The translations under genes were made by a program, and so were the position numbers. From Gudongella sp. (GTDB lineage Bacteria > Bacillota > Clostridia > Tissierellales > Tissierellaceae), in NCBI GenBank assembly GCA_024649995.1, contig JANKMX010000002.1:9446-73445 (forward strand): a stretch of DNA of 64,000 nt. Reading direction: 5' to 3'. The notes beneath the pieces were generated by a model that ran no database searches, was not told where the DNA came from, and saw only the letters and a list, made by a program, of their open reading frames with translations. Positions 30,284 through 39,419 of this stretch are shown here, one piece after another. Each line of letters begins with the position of its first letter. The first letter of the stretch is position 1.

Positions 30284-31757
30284 CCCCCTCCTTTCCAGAA
30301 TTCATACTGAAGAACAAGCCTAGTATCTGTAGGGTCAAAATCGGCATAAGTGCAACCATTGCAATCATCCCAAAGCCATCCAAAAGTATATCCGCCCATG
30401 GTATGGCCTCAGCTGCCCCCTGTGTGAAGGCAAGGATGAAGGTTGCAGTCATTGGACCTGTGGCAACCCCTCCGGCATCAAAGGCCATACCCACAAACAG
30501 CTTTGGGACAATGTAGCTAAGGCCGATTGAAAGGGCATATCCCGGCAGAAGATAATGCCATAGCTGAATTCCCGGGACCACAATCCTAAGCATTGAAAGA
30601 CCAATTGCCAATCCTCCACCCAGAGCCAGGGCAGTAAGAACAGCTCTCCTTTTGACGTAGCCGCTGGTTACCTCCTCAATCTGATGTGTAAGTACATAGA
30701 CCGCAGGCTCTGCCAGCATGGTCACAATTCCCAAGATAGTTCCCATGAGGATGAGAAAATAGTAGCTGTCCCGGGATGCCAGGGTATAGCCGATGATGGT
30801 TCCGACATTCATGAATCCTCCGTTTACACCCGTCATAAATAGTACCAAGCCCAGGAATGAATAGACAAATCCCTTAAGTAGCCTCCCGAAGGCCTTCTTC
30901 TCCAATTTGAAGCTTGCCTTTTGCAGGAATACAAGTATGATTAGCAAAGGGGCAAGTGATAGGATGCTTTCTCTTGTTATGCTTGAGAGCTGGGAAGAGA
31001 AGGGGTCAAATAATGACTGGGTTTGGGGCATCTGAAAGGCTATTGTTGAGCTGAGTTCACCGGTGTCCGAAAAGATGCTTAGAATCATCACAGACATTAT
31101 GGCTCCCACAGATGCAATCGATACCAGCCCAAAGCTGTCCTTCTCTCCAGCCTTACTGTCCTTCTTAAGAGCAGATACACCAACTGAAAGTGCCAGTATA
31201 AATGGAACTGCAAGGATTCCTGTCGTAGCTCCTGATGTGTCAAAGGCTATTGTCAAAAGCTGGGACGGTGTAAATATTGCCAGAAGGAATGTAATGCCAT
31301 AGAGTACGGTCAAGACCTTGTAAAGGGGTATGTTATAGACAATCCTCAGCAGTCCAAAAGCTACCATGACGGCAAGACCAAGTGATACAATCACCAATAG
31401 TGTGGTGCTGGTTATACCGCCATCAGTTACGGCATCCACCTGACTTGCTAGGACCATGAGACCGGGCTCAGCTACTGAGATGAGAAAACCCAGGACCAGT
31501 CCTGCCAATACAACAAGAAACACCTTGTTGGAGGCGGAAAGGGTTGCGCCCAGAAGTCTGCCAAGAGGAGCGATTCCAATATCCACACCTATCAGGAACA
31601 GGGTAAGTCCCATCACAATAAGGAAGACGCCCATAATGAAGGTTATGAGCATTGCGCCATCCAAAGGCGTAAGTGTAAAATTGAGCAGTATAACTATTAT
31701 GGTTATTGGAAGCACCGACAGGGAAACTTCCTTGAATTTATCCAGCAATAGGTTCAT
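30267..31757 (-). CDS. DUF1538-like polytopic membrane protein
   Basis: 496 aa and about 12 TM helices. The N-terminus and the P-II partner match my recollection of the DUF1538 / P-II pairing. Confidence 0.6.
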   Translation of the reverse strand: MNLLLDKFKEVSLSVLPITIIVILLNFTLTPLDGAMLITFIMGVFLIVMGLTLFLIGVDIGIAPLGRLLGATLSASNKVFLVVLAGLVLGFLISVAEPGLMVLASQVDAVTDGGITSTTLLVIVSLGLAVMVAFGLLRIVYNIPLYKVLTVLYGITFLLAIFTPSQLLTIAFDTSGATTGILAVPFILALSVGVSALKKDSKAGEKDSFGLVSIASVGAIMSVMILSIFSDTGELSSTIAFQMPQTQSLFDPFSSQLSSITRESILSLAPLLIILVFLQKASFKLEKKAFGRLLKGFVYSFLGLVLFMTGVNGGFMNVGTIIGYTLASRDSYYFLILMGTILGIVTMLAEPAVYVLTHQIEEVTSGYVKRRAVLTALALGGGLAIGLSMLRIVVPGIQLWHYLLPGYALSIGLSYIVPKLFVGMAFDAGGVATGPMTATFILAFTQGAAEAIPWADILLDGFGMIAMVALMPILTLQILGLFFSMNSGKEGVESDQ

Positions 31758-31889
31758 TTACTCACGTCCATTTTTATCCTAAACGACCTTCAGGTCATCT
31801 GAATAGTTATATACCCAAGTTCCTCCATAAGTACCAAAGGAATGATATAATTTGGACAGGTTCATAAATTCATTGTTAAAATCAAAAAC

Positions 31890-31903
31890 GTAACATTTGT
31901 TAC
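31890..31903. promoter_or_regulatory. Perfect palindrome GTAAC-ATTT-GTTAC, candidate Crp/Fnr-type (HcpR-like) operator
   Basis: Read directly from the sequence. Its centre is about 42 nt upstream of the TSS predicted from the -10 TAGAAT at 31927-31932. It has the same half-sites as the site in front of hcp. Confidence 0.65.
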
Positions 31904-31959
31904 TGAATATCTGATATATGTTAGTGTAGAATGTATACAGAGAATAAGGAGGTTTTTTA

Positions 31960-33204
31960 ATGAACAAATACTTTGACCCAAAGGAGAAAGTATACGATAT
32001 AACCGAAAGGTACCCGGAAACACTTGATGTATTTGCAGCAAACGGCTTTGAGCACCTGAAGAATGAGGCCATGCGCAAGGTCATGGGGAAGACAATAAAC
32101 CTTGAAACCGCCTGCAAGACAAAGAAGGTGAACCTTCAGCTTTTTGAGCAGAAGCTTGTGGACGTCATAGAGCAGACCAGGGGCTCTGTTGATGCAACCC
32201 TGAACCAGGCCAGGGAAAACGGCGATGGGGAAGTAAGCATACTTGGAGTTCTTCCATGTCCTGTAAGGATTCCCCTGATGGAAAGCTTTAACAAATGGCT
32301 CCAAGACCATGAAAAGGACCTGGATTACAAAATAGACTATGAACTGAAGGCTGCAAATATTGGAGTGGATTGGATCAGGGAAGAGATGGAGACGGCTTCT
32401 CCTGATGACATAGCTGATCTTTTCATGTCAGCTGGCTTTGACCTTTTCTTTGACGAGAAGCTTATGGGGAAGTTCAAGTCCCAGGGGGTTTTCCAGGATA
32501 TGTCAGGCTTTGAAAGCCTGAATAGGGACTTTGACAATGATAGGATCTCCCTGAAGGACCCAAAAGGCCAGTACACGACACTTGCAGTTGTTCCTGCTGT
32601 TTTTCTTGTAAATACGGAGGAGCTTGACGGACGTCAGATGCCCCTGTCATGGGCTGACCTCCTAAGGGGTGAGTTCGAGAACTCAATATCTCTGCCCCTA
32701 AACGACTTTGACCTATTCAATGCACTCCTGTTGAGCATTCACAAGGAATTTGGGGTGGATGGAATAAGAAGACTTGGGAGGGCTCATATGAGAAGCATGA
32801 CCCCTGCTGAGATGGTAAAATCCAATGTAAGGAACACATCATCAGGGATACCAACCGTTACAGTTATGCCCTATCTATTTGCCAGGATGGTAAGGGAGGA
32901 AAGTCCCCTAAAGCCGGTTTGGCCCAAGGAGGGTGCCGTAATAAGCCCCATTTTCCTTCTCTCAAAGAAGTCCAGCAGGGACAAGGTCAAACCTCTTGTT
33001 GACTATTTCATGTCAAGGGAAGTTGGCCAGATGCTGGCCACAAGCGGAAAGTTCCCCTCCACACATCCAGAGGTTAAGAACGGTCTAACTGATGACCAAG
33101 GCTTCATGTGGATAGGCTGGGATTATATCAATAGCCATCCTGACCTGGGAGCACTGATAAGTGAATTGATGGATATATTCAACGAGGAAGCAGGTGTGAA
33201 ATAG
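31960..33204 (+). CDS. Cytoplasmic periplasmic-binding-protein-like protein with N-terminal DUF1858-like domain
   Basis: No signal peptide. The N-terminal ~70 aa (VYDITERYPETLDVFAANGFEHL...MGKTINLETAC) resemble DUF1858/ScdA_N. The remainder has SBP hallmarks (VVPAVFLVN, SWADLL, ISPIFLL). Confidence 0.65.
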   Translation: MNKYFDPKEKVYDITERYPETLDVFAANGFEHLKNEAMRKVMGKTINLETACKTKKVNLQLFEQKLVDVIEQTRGSVDATLNQARENGDGEVSILGVLPCPVRIPLMESFNKWLQDHEKDLDYKIDYELKAANIGVDWIREEMETASPDDIADLFMSAGFDLFFDEKLMGKFKSQGVFQDMSGFESLNRDFDNDRISLKDPKGQYTTLAVVPAVFLVNTEELDGRQMPLSWADLLRGEFENSISLPLNDFDLFNALLLSIHKEFGVDGIRRLGRAHMRSMTPAEMVKSNVRNTSSGIPTVTVMPYLFARMVREESPLKPVWPKEGAVISPIFLLSKKSSRDKVKPLVDYFMSREVGQMLATSGKFPSTHPEVKNGLTDDQGFMWIGWDYINSHPDLGALISELMDIFNEEAGVK

Positions 33205-33906
33205 ATGAACCTAGTGATTTTCTCTGGTCCCCCCTCATCGGGAAAGACCAGTATAATACTGAAGACAATTGAGGCAATGAGGAAAAGGGACCTTCAGGTG
33301 GGAGTAGTTAAGTTCGACTGCCTCAGCACTGATGATGACATCCTTTACGAAAAGGCAGGAATACCTGTAAAGAAGGGTCTTTCAGGAGCACTTTGCCCGG
33401 ACCACTACTTTGCCTCAAATATCGAGGAGGTTGTGCAGTGGGGCAGAAGAAGGGGCCTGGACCTGCTGATCACAGAATCAGCAGGACTTTGCAACAGGTG
33501 TTCGCCCTATATCAAATCCATAAAGGGAGTCTGCGTAATTGACAACCTTTCAGGCATAAACACACCCAAAAAGATAGGGCCTATGCTCAAGGCTGCAGAT
33601 ATTGTCGTGATAACAAAGGGGGATATCGTGTCCCAGGCTGAAAGGGAGGTATTTGCATCAAAGGTGAACTCCGTCAATCCAAAGGCCATGACTATGCACA
33701 TTAACGGACTGACCGGCCAGGGAGCATTTGAATTGAGCACTCTGCTTTATGATGAGGATGAGAATCTGGAGTCTGTGACAGGAATGGAGCTTAGGTATCC
33801 CATGCCATCGGCACTTTGCTCCTACTGTCTTGGAGAGACTAGGATCGGAGACGATTTCCAGATGGGCAATGTTAGAAAGATTGAGCTGGGTGATATGGAT
33901 GAGTAG
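33205..33906 (+). CDS. HypB/UreG-like G3E P-loop GTPase
   Basis: Walker A GPPSSGKTS, CPDH, ESAGLCNRCSP (compare HypB ENVGNLVCP) and TKGD in place of NKxD. The start abuts the previous stop. Confidence 0.7.
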   Translation: MNLVIFSGPPSSGKTSIILKTIEAMRKRDLQVGVVKFDCLSTDDDILYEKAGIPVKKGLSGALCPDHYFASNIEEVVQWGRRRGLDLLITESAGLCNRCSPYIKSIKGVCVIDNLSGINTPKKIGPMLKAADIVVITKGDIVSQAEREVFASKVNSVNPKAMTMHINGLTGQGAFELSTLLYDEDENLESVTGMELRYPMPSALCSYCLGETRIGDDFQMGNVRKIELGDMDE

Positions 33907-33907
33907 G

Positions 33908-34891
33908 ATGACAATTAATAAGATACTTGAGAAATACCCCTTTGCAATGAGTTATTTTGTGGAGAACAAGCTGGATGTAGAGAATCACAAAGAAAAGACC
34001 TTCCAGGAATTCCTGGATGGCTTCACCCATGAAGAGGTAGAGGACCTGGCCATGGACAAGGAGGAACTCGCTGAAAACCTTGAGATTTTCATAGATCAGA
34101 TGAAGGAGTTTCTTGGAATCAAGGAGGAGGTTGGAGTCAGGTCGCTGACAATCCTGCCAGGGTTCGATAAATCAGGAAGTCCCGAGGGCTTCAATGAGCT
34201 TACAATAAGCACATCACAGGTGATTTCAATAGTTGGACCAACCGGAGCAGGAAAGTCTAGGCTGCTGGCTGACATTGAGTGGACCGCACAGAAGGATACA
34301 CCAACAGGAAGAAGCATACTGATAAATGATGAGCTTCCAGACAAGAAATGGAGGTTTTCATCAAACAACAAGCTCGTAGCCCAGCTTTCCCAGAATATGA
34401 ACTTTGTCATGGACCTGACTGTAATGGAGTTTCTTCAGCTTCATGCTGAAAGCAGGCTGGTGGAGGATGTTGAAGGGACAATCCAAAGGATAATAAGGGC
34501 AGCCAACAGCCTGGCAGGAGAGAAGTTCCAGCTGGACACTCCAGTTACAGCCCTGAGCGGAGGTCAGTCAAGAGCCCTTATGATAGCAGATACTGCAATA
34601 CTGAGCTCATCACCAATAGTCCTTATAGATGAAATTGAGAATGCCGGAATAGACAGACGGAAAGCACTAAACCTATTGATTGACGAGGACAAGATTGTCC
34701 TTATGGCAACACACGACCCCACATTGGCTCTGATTGCAGACAAGAGGATAATCATCAAAAACGGTGGAATAGCAAAGATTATCGAGACTACAGAAGAGGA
34801 AAAGGAGATCCTCCTCAAGCTTGAAAAGATGGATACCTACATCCAGGACATGAGATCAAGTCTGAGAAACGGTAAAACCCTTAGTGTATAA
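33908..34891 (+). CDS. Orphan ABC ATPase with ~90-aa N-terminal extension
   Basis: GPTGAGKS, LSGGQ, VLIDE and ATHD. The ATG at 33908 lies 1 nt after the previous stop. There is no permease gene in the operon. Confidence 0.75.
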   Translation: MTINKILEKYPFAMSYFVENKLDVENHKEKTFQEFLDGFTHEEVEDLAMDKEELAENLEIFIDQMKEFLGIKEEVGVRSLTILPGFDKSGSPEGFNELTISTSQVISIVGPTGAGKSRLLADIEWTAQKDTPTGRSILINDELPDKKWRFSSNNKLVAQLSQNMNFVMDLTVMEFLQLHAESRLVEDVEGTIQRIIRAANSLAGEKFQLDTPVTALSGGQSRALMIADTAILSSSPIVLIDEIENAGIDRRKALNLLIDEDKIVLMATHDPTLALIADKRIIIKNGGIAKIIETTEEEKEILLKLEKMDTYIQDMRSSLRNGKTLSV

Positions 34892-34936
34892 GTGAAAGCA
34901 TATAAACCAGTGGAAAATAATAGGAGGAATAATATT

Positions 34937-35179
34937 ATGCATGACGGATGTACAGGAAGCTTTGGAAGCGGCGAGGCAGTGGTGGACAAGATAAGGGCGA
35001 TGGGCTTCAACACAAGGCCTATGCCACCAGGAGTTACAATAACCTGCATAGAATGCGGAAATGACTTTGATATGACCCACCTTGAGACTAAATGCCCAAG
35101 CTGTGAAATGGTATACGGAGTTACCCCATGTTCAACAGCTTATCCCGAAAGAATCAAGGCTGCAGGGAAAAATTATTGA
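34937..35179 (+). CDS. Small zinc-ribbon protein (80 aa)
   Basis: The ATG follows a strong AGGAGG. Contains CIEC...CPSC plus additional Cys residues. Confidence 0.55.
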   Translation: MHDGCTGSFGSGEAVVDKIRAMGFNTRPMPPGVTITCIECGNDFDMTHLETKCPSCEMVYGVTPCSTAYPERIKAAGKNY

Positions 35180-35216
35180 TTTATTCCTGACTTGGGAAAA
35201 GAGACTAATTACGATG

Positions 35217-35250
35217 AATTCCCCTACTTAGAAAATAGGGGAATTTTTTT
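35217..35250 (+). terminator. Rho-independent terminator closing the four-gene module
   Basis: AATTCCCCT...AGGGGAATT followed by TTTTTTT. Confidence 0.85.
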
Positions 35251-35269
35251 CTGCCTTTTTCAACCATTG

Positions 35270-35283
35270 GTAACATGTGTTAC
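35270..35283. promoter_or_regulatory. Perfect palindrome GTAAC-ATGT-GTTAC upstream of hcp, candidate HcpR-type operator
   Basis: Read directly from the sequence. Its centre is about 41.5 nt upstream of the TSS predicted from the extended -10 TGTTATCAT (35303-35311). Confidence 0.7.
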
Positions 35284-35369
35284 GGTGTCCTTGCTGTAAA
35301 AATGTTATCATGGGTCTTGTGAGTTACATGAAACGACTGTAAATAACAATTGGAAAGGATGATTTTTAA

Positions 35370-37055
35370 ATGGTTGAAAGACAAAGTGGACATTCTATGT
35401 TTTGCTACCAGTGCCAGGAAGCGGCAGGTGGAAAAGGATGTACAAAGGTGGGTATGTGTGGAAAGACCAGTGAGGTTGCAAATCTTCAGGACCTTATGAT
35501 ATATGGACTTAAAGGACTTTCAGAGGTTGGCCTGAAGGCTGACGAAATTGGATACAGGATGGAAGGTCTTGACAGACTAATAATTGAAGGCCTATTCATG
35601 ACAATCACAAATGCAAACTTCGATAAGGACAGATTCTTTGAAGGTATAAAGCTTGTACTGAAAAAGAGGGATGAACTGAAATCAGTACTTAAGGAAAAAG
35701 GTGTGGATCTCGGAGAATTGAAGGATGCAGCTACATTTGCAGTAAACAGCAACGATGAGATAGTGTTCAAGTCAAACAGCGAAGAGGTTAGTATACTTGC
35801 AACAGAAAACGAAGATGTGAGATCACTCAGGGAATTGATTATCTACGGCCTGAAGGGAATGGCGGCATATGCTGAGCACGCTGACAATCTTGGATTCCAG
35901 GATGAAGAAATTTCAAAATTCATAAGAAAAGCACTTGTTGCAACCATGGATGACAGCCTGACAGCAGATGACCTTGTTGCCCTTACACTTGAGACAGGTA
36001 ACTACGGAGTTCAGACAATGGCACTTTTGGACAAGGCAAACACCTCAACCTATGGAAATCCTGAAATAAGTGAAGTAAACATAGGAGTCAGAAATAATCC
36101 TGCCATCCTTGTATCAGGACATGACCTGAAGGATTTCGAAGAGCTTCTGGAGCAGACAAAGGACAGTGGAGTTGACATTTACACACATGGTGAGATGCTT
36201 CCAGCAAACTACTACCCAACCTTCAAGAAGTATGAGCACTTTGTAGGAAACTACGGGAACTCATGGTGGATGCAGAAGGAAGAGTTTGACAAGTTCAACG
36301 GAGCCATCCTATTCACTACAAACTGTATTGTGCCTCCAAAGGCAGACTATGCTGACAGGGTTTACACAACCGGATCATCAGGATACCCAGGCTTCAAGCA
36401 CATTCCAGACAGAGTTGACGGACAGCCAAAGGATTTCTCAGAGGTGATTGAGCATGCCAAGAGACTTCCAGCACCTACTGAAATAGAGACGGGCAAGATT
36501 GTTGGAGGATTCGCTCACGCACAGGTATTTGCATTGGCAGACAAGGTGGTTGAGGCAGTGAAGACCGGAGCAATCAGAAAGTTCTTCGTAATGGCAGGCT
36601 GTGATGGAAGACAGGGCAAGAGAAGCTACTACACTGAGTTTGCAGAGGCTCTTCCAAAGGACACAGTCATCCTTACAGCTGGATGTGCAAAGTTCAGATA
36701 CAACAAGCTTAACCTTGGAGACATCAATGGAATTCCAAGAGTACTGGATGCAGGACAGTGTAACGACTCGTATTCACTGGCTGTGATTGCAATGAAGCTA
36801 AAGGAGATATTCGAGCTAAATGACATCAACGACCTTCCAATTGCATACAACATAGCATGGTACGAGCAGAAGGCAGTTATTGTGCTGTTGGCACTTCTGT
36901 CACTTGGAGTCAAGAACATTCACCTTGGACCTACATTGCCGGCATTCCTTTCACCAAATGTAGCAAAGGTTCTTGTTGAAACATTTGGAATAGGTACAAT
37001 ATCAGATGTTGAAAACGACATCAACATGTTCTTGGGTGAAGCAGCAAACGCATAA
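35370..37055 (+). CDS. hcp: Hybrid-cluster protein (hydroxylamine reductase / NO-stress protein)
   Basis: N-terminal Cys cluster [22 protein letters not shown]. About 560 aa, collinear with Hcp. Confidence 0.95.
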   Translation: MVERQSGHSMFCYQCQEAAGGKGCTKVGMCGKTSEVANLQDLMIYGLKGLSEVGLKADEIGYRMEGLDRLIIEGLFMTITNANFDKDRFFEGIKLVLKKRDELKSVLKEKGVDLGELKDAATFAVNSNDEIVFKSNSEEVSILATENEDVRSLRELIIYGLKGMAAYAEHADNLGFQDEEISKFIRKALVATMDDSLTADDLVALTLETGNYGVQTMALLDKANTSTYGNPEISEVNIGVRNNPAILVSGHDLKDFEELLEQTKDSGVDIYTHGEMLPANYYPTFKKYEHFVGNYGNSWWMQKEEFDKFNGAILFTTNCIVPPKADYADRVYTTGSSGYPGFKHIPDRVDGQPKDFSEVIEHAKRLPAPTEIETGKIVGGFAHAQVFALADKVVEAVKTGAIRKFFVMAGCDGRQGKRSYYTEFAEALPKDTVILTAGCAKFRYNKLNLGDINGIPRVLDAGQCNDSYSLAVIAMKLKEIFELNDINDLPIAYNIAWYEQKAVIVLLALLSLGVKNIHLGPTLPAFLSPNVAKVLVETFGIGTISDVENDINMFLGEAANA

Positions 37056-37071
37056 TCTCCCCTTATTAATA

Positions 37072-37105
37072 GAAAACCCCACCGAATTGTTTTTGGTGGG
37101 GTTTT
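37072..37105 (+). terminator. Rho-independent terminator after hcp
   Basis: AAAACCCCACC...GGTGGGGTTTT followed by T. Confidence 0.85.
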
Positions 37106-37180
37106 TGTACTTTACAAATTCTTCTTTTCGTCATATAGTACTATTGTTACACAAATATCAGAAAAGAAGGTAATGGAAAA

Positions 37181-38053
37181 ATGATGGCAAGCAAGAGATT
37201 GGAAATGGACAGGATGAGAATCTTAAGAAAGCTGTTTTTTATTGTTCTTGGGAACCTGCTATGTGCAATTGCATTCAATGCATTTTTCATTCCAAGCCAG
37301 CTACTAAGTGGAGGTGTAGGCGGAATTGCACTGATGCTAAGGTACCTTTTGGATATTCCTACAGGCATAACGGTTTTCCTGATAAATGTACCCATATTTA
37401 TTATTGGGGCTAAAATGGTAGACCGTGAATTTATAGTCTATGCATTTATCTCCATGGTTGCATTTTCCACACTGCTGACAGTTACCGAGGATATAGGGAG
37501 ATATTTTGTAATCGAGGATATTATCCTAGGTGCTGTATTTGGAGGGGTGATGAATGGAGTGGGCATGGGTCTTATGTTCAGGAACAGGCTATGTCAAGGT
37601 GGGCTGGATATTATCGCAACAATAATCAAGAAAAAGTTTAATCTGAACATCAGCACGGGACTGATGATTTTAAACACTACAATAGTCTCTCTCTCATCTG
37701 TCCTTTTCGGACTTACATCTGCAATGTATACAATAATCGCCATGTATGTTGGTTACCAGGTTGTGGATAAGATCCAGATGGGACTTAATGTTAGGAAGAA
37801 TGTATTCATAATATCCGACAGATCAGAGGAGTTATCAAGTGAGATCCTCACCAGCCTGCACAGGGGAGTCACTCTTCTGGAAGGTACAGGGGCATACACC
37901 AAGCAGGGGAAGAAGGTCATCTATTGCATAGTCAACTCCAATGAGGTGGTAAAGCTGAAGGCACTTGTGGATAGGATAGACCCTGCAGCCTTTCTGACCA
38001 TCAATGATGTGGTTGAGGTTAGGGGCAGCGGATTTGTAAATGAGGGAATATAG
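37181..38053 (+). CDS. YitT-family membrane protein (with DUF2179-like C-terminal domain)
   Basis: GNLLCAIAFNAFFIPSQLLSGGVGGIA and a soluble C-terminal domain ending FLTINDVVEVRGSGF. Confidence 0.8.
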   Translation: MMASKRLEMDRMRILRKLFFIVLGNLLCAIAFNAFFIPSQLLSGGVGGIALMLRYLLDIPTGITVFLINVPIFIIGAKMVDREFIVYAFISMVAFSTLLTVTEDIGRYFVIEDIILGAVFGGVMNGVGMGLMFRNRLCQGGLDIIATIIKKKFNLNISTGLMILNTTIVSLSSVLFGLTSAMYTIIAMYVGYQVVDKIQMGLNVRKNVFIISDRSEELSSEILTSLHRGVTLLEGTGAYTKQGKKVIYCIVNSNEVVKLKALVDRIDPAAFLTINDVVEVRGSGFVNEGI

Positions 38054-38219
38054 GAAGATCAGGATTTGTAATCCTGGTCTTTAATTTTGCAGCTTTTCGC
38101 AGCTGGGGCTTCACCAATAATTGAGTATTTCAAATGAGAAACTGATCCAAATCAATTGTTACCAAGCTGTCAGAAAAGGGTAGATACTATAAGATAGGCG
38201 GCAAAGACTGGAGGATAAT

Positions 38220-39419
38220 ATGTTTACCAATTGGCTACTTAAAAAATTTCTAAAGGATGATATAAACTACAAGGACCCTGGAACCAGAAGAAGTGTAGGT
38301 TATCTTGCTGGGATTGTTGGGGTTATTGTCAATATATTGCTTACAATAGTAAAGATAACAATAGGATTTCTTATATCTTCAATTGGGGTTGTGGCTGACG
38401 GGGTGAACAATTTGGCCGATTCCGCATCATCAATAGTCACTCTTGTAGGCTTCAGGATTTCAGGGAGGCCTGCCGACAAGGAGCACCCATATGGACATGG
38501 AAGGGTGGAGTACATCTCTGCCATGATAGTGGCCTTTATGGTAATAATTGTGGGGGTCCAATTTATCCGCTCCTCAATTGAAAGGATTATTGAACCCAAG
38601 GCTGTGGAGTTTGAAATTGTAACCTTCTCCATACTTGTGGTCTCAATTCTTTTCAAGGTTTGGCTTGCAATATTCAACAGAGACCTTGGAAATAGGATTG
38701 ATTCCAAAGGCTTGAAGGCTACGGCAACGGATGCCATGGGAGATGTTCTTATAACCTCGGTGGTTGTAGTATCAATTCTGGTCAGTCAGTTCACAACACT
38801 TCCCGTGGATGGGGTTGTTGGAGTAATTGTATCCCTGTTCATAATTTTTGCAGGCTACAATCTTGTCAAGGAGACCATGAGTCCCCTGATTGGTGAAGCT
38901 CCACCTGAAGGGATGATTCAGGGAATTTATGAGGATATAATGAAGTACAGATACATCACTGGAGCTCATGACCTGATTATCCACACCTACGGGGCAGGCA
39001 GGACCATGGCAACCATAGATGTTGAGTTTCCAGCGTCAATAGATGTCATCACAATACATGATGTCATAGACCAGGCAGAGAGGGACCTGGGTGATAAGTA
39101 TGACATGACCCTTGTCATCCATATGGATCCACTTGGACCTGAAAGTGAAGAGAGGTACCAGCTGAGGCAGAAGGTTAAGAGAATCATCAGGGCAGATGAC
39201 AGGGTTCACTCAATTCATGACTTTCATATATTGGAGGAGGGCAAGGAAAAAACCGTCGAATTTCATGTGGTGGTGACTGATGGAAAGCTTACAGGGGACC
39301 GGGATTATCATGGCCTAAAGCAGGAGCTTGAAAAGGCTGTTGATGACGAAATCGAGGGCTTTGGTTGCAGAATAATTCTTGATATAGATTTTCATGGGGA
39401 GAGAGAAAATGACATATAA
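38220..39419 (+). CDS. Cation diffusion facilitator (CDF) metal efflux protein
   Basis: Six TM helices with the DxxxD/HxxxD-type context (ADGVNNLADS, ATDAMGDVLIT) and a cytoplasmic C-terminal domain. Confidence 0.85.
   Translation: MFTNWLLKKFLKDDINYKDPGTRRSVGYLAGIVGVIVNILLTIVKITIGFLISSIGVVADGVNNLADSASSIVTLVGFRISGRPADKEHPYGHGRVEYISAMIVAFMVIIVGVQFIRSSIERIIEPKAVEFEIVTFSILVVSILFKVWLAIFNRDLGNRIDSKGLKATATDAMGDVLITSVVVVSILVSQFTTLPVDGVVGVIVSLFIIFAGYNLVKETMSPLIGEAPPEGMIQGIYEDIMKYRYITGAHDLIIHTYGAGRTMATIDVEFPASIDVITIHDVIDQAERDLGDKYDMTLVIHMDPLGPESEERYQLRQKVKRIIRADDRVHSIHDFHILEEGKEKTVEFHVVVTDGKLTGDRDYHGLKQELEKAVDDEIEGFGCRIILDIDFHGERENDI

Noticed and set aside
35321-35350. TTACA-N9-TGTAA repeat downstream of the hcp -10 element, considered as a second operator
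   Set aside because: The half-sites are short and AT-rich, the spacing differs from the GTAAC-N4-GTTAC sites, and it lies in the predicted 5' UTR. The support is insufficient.
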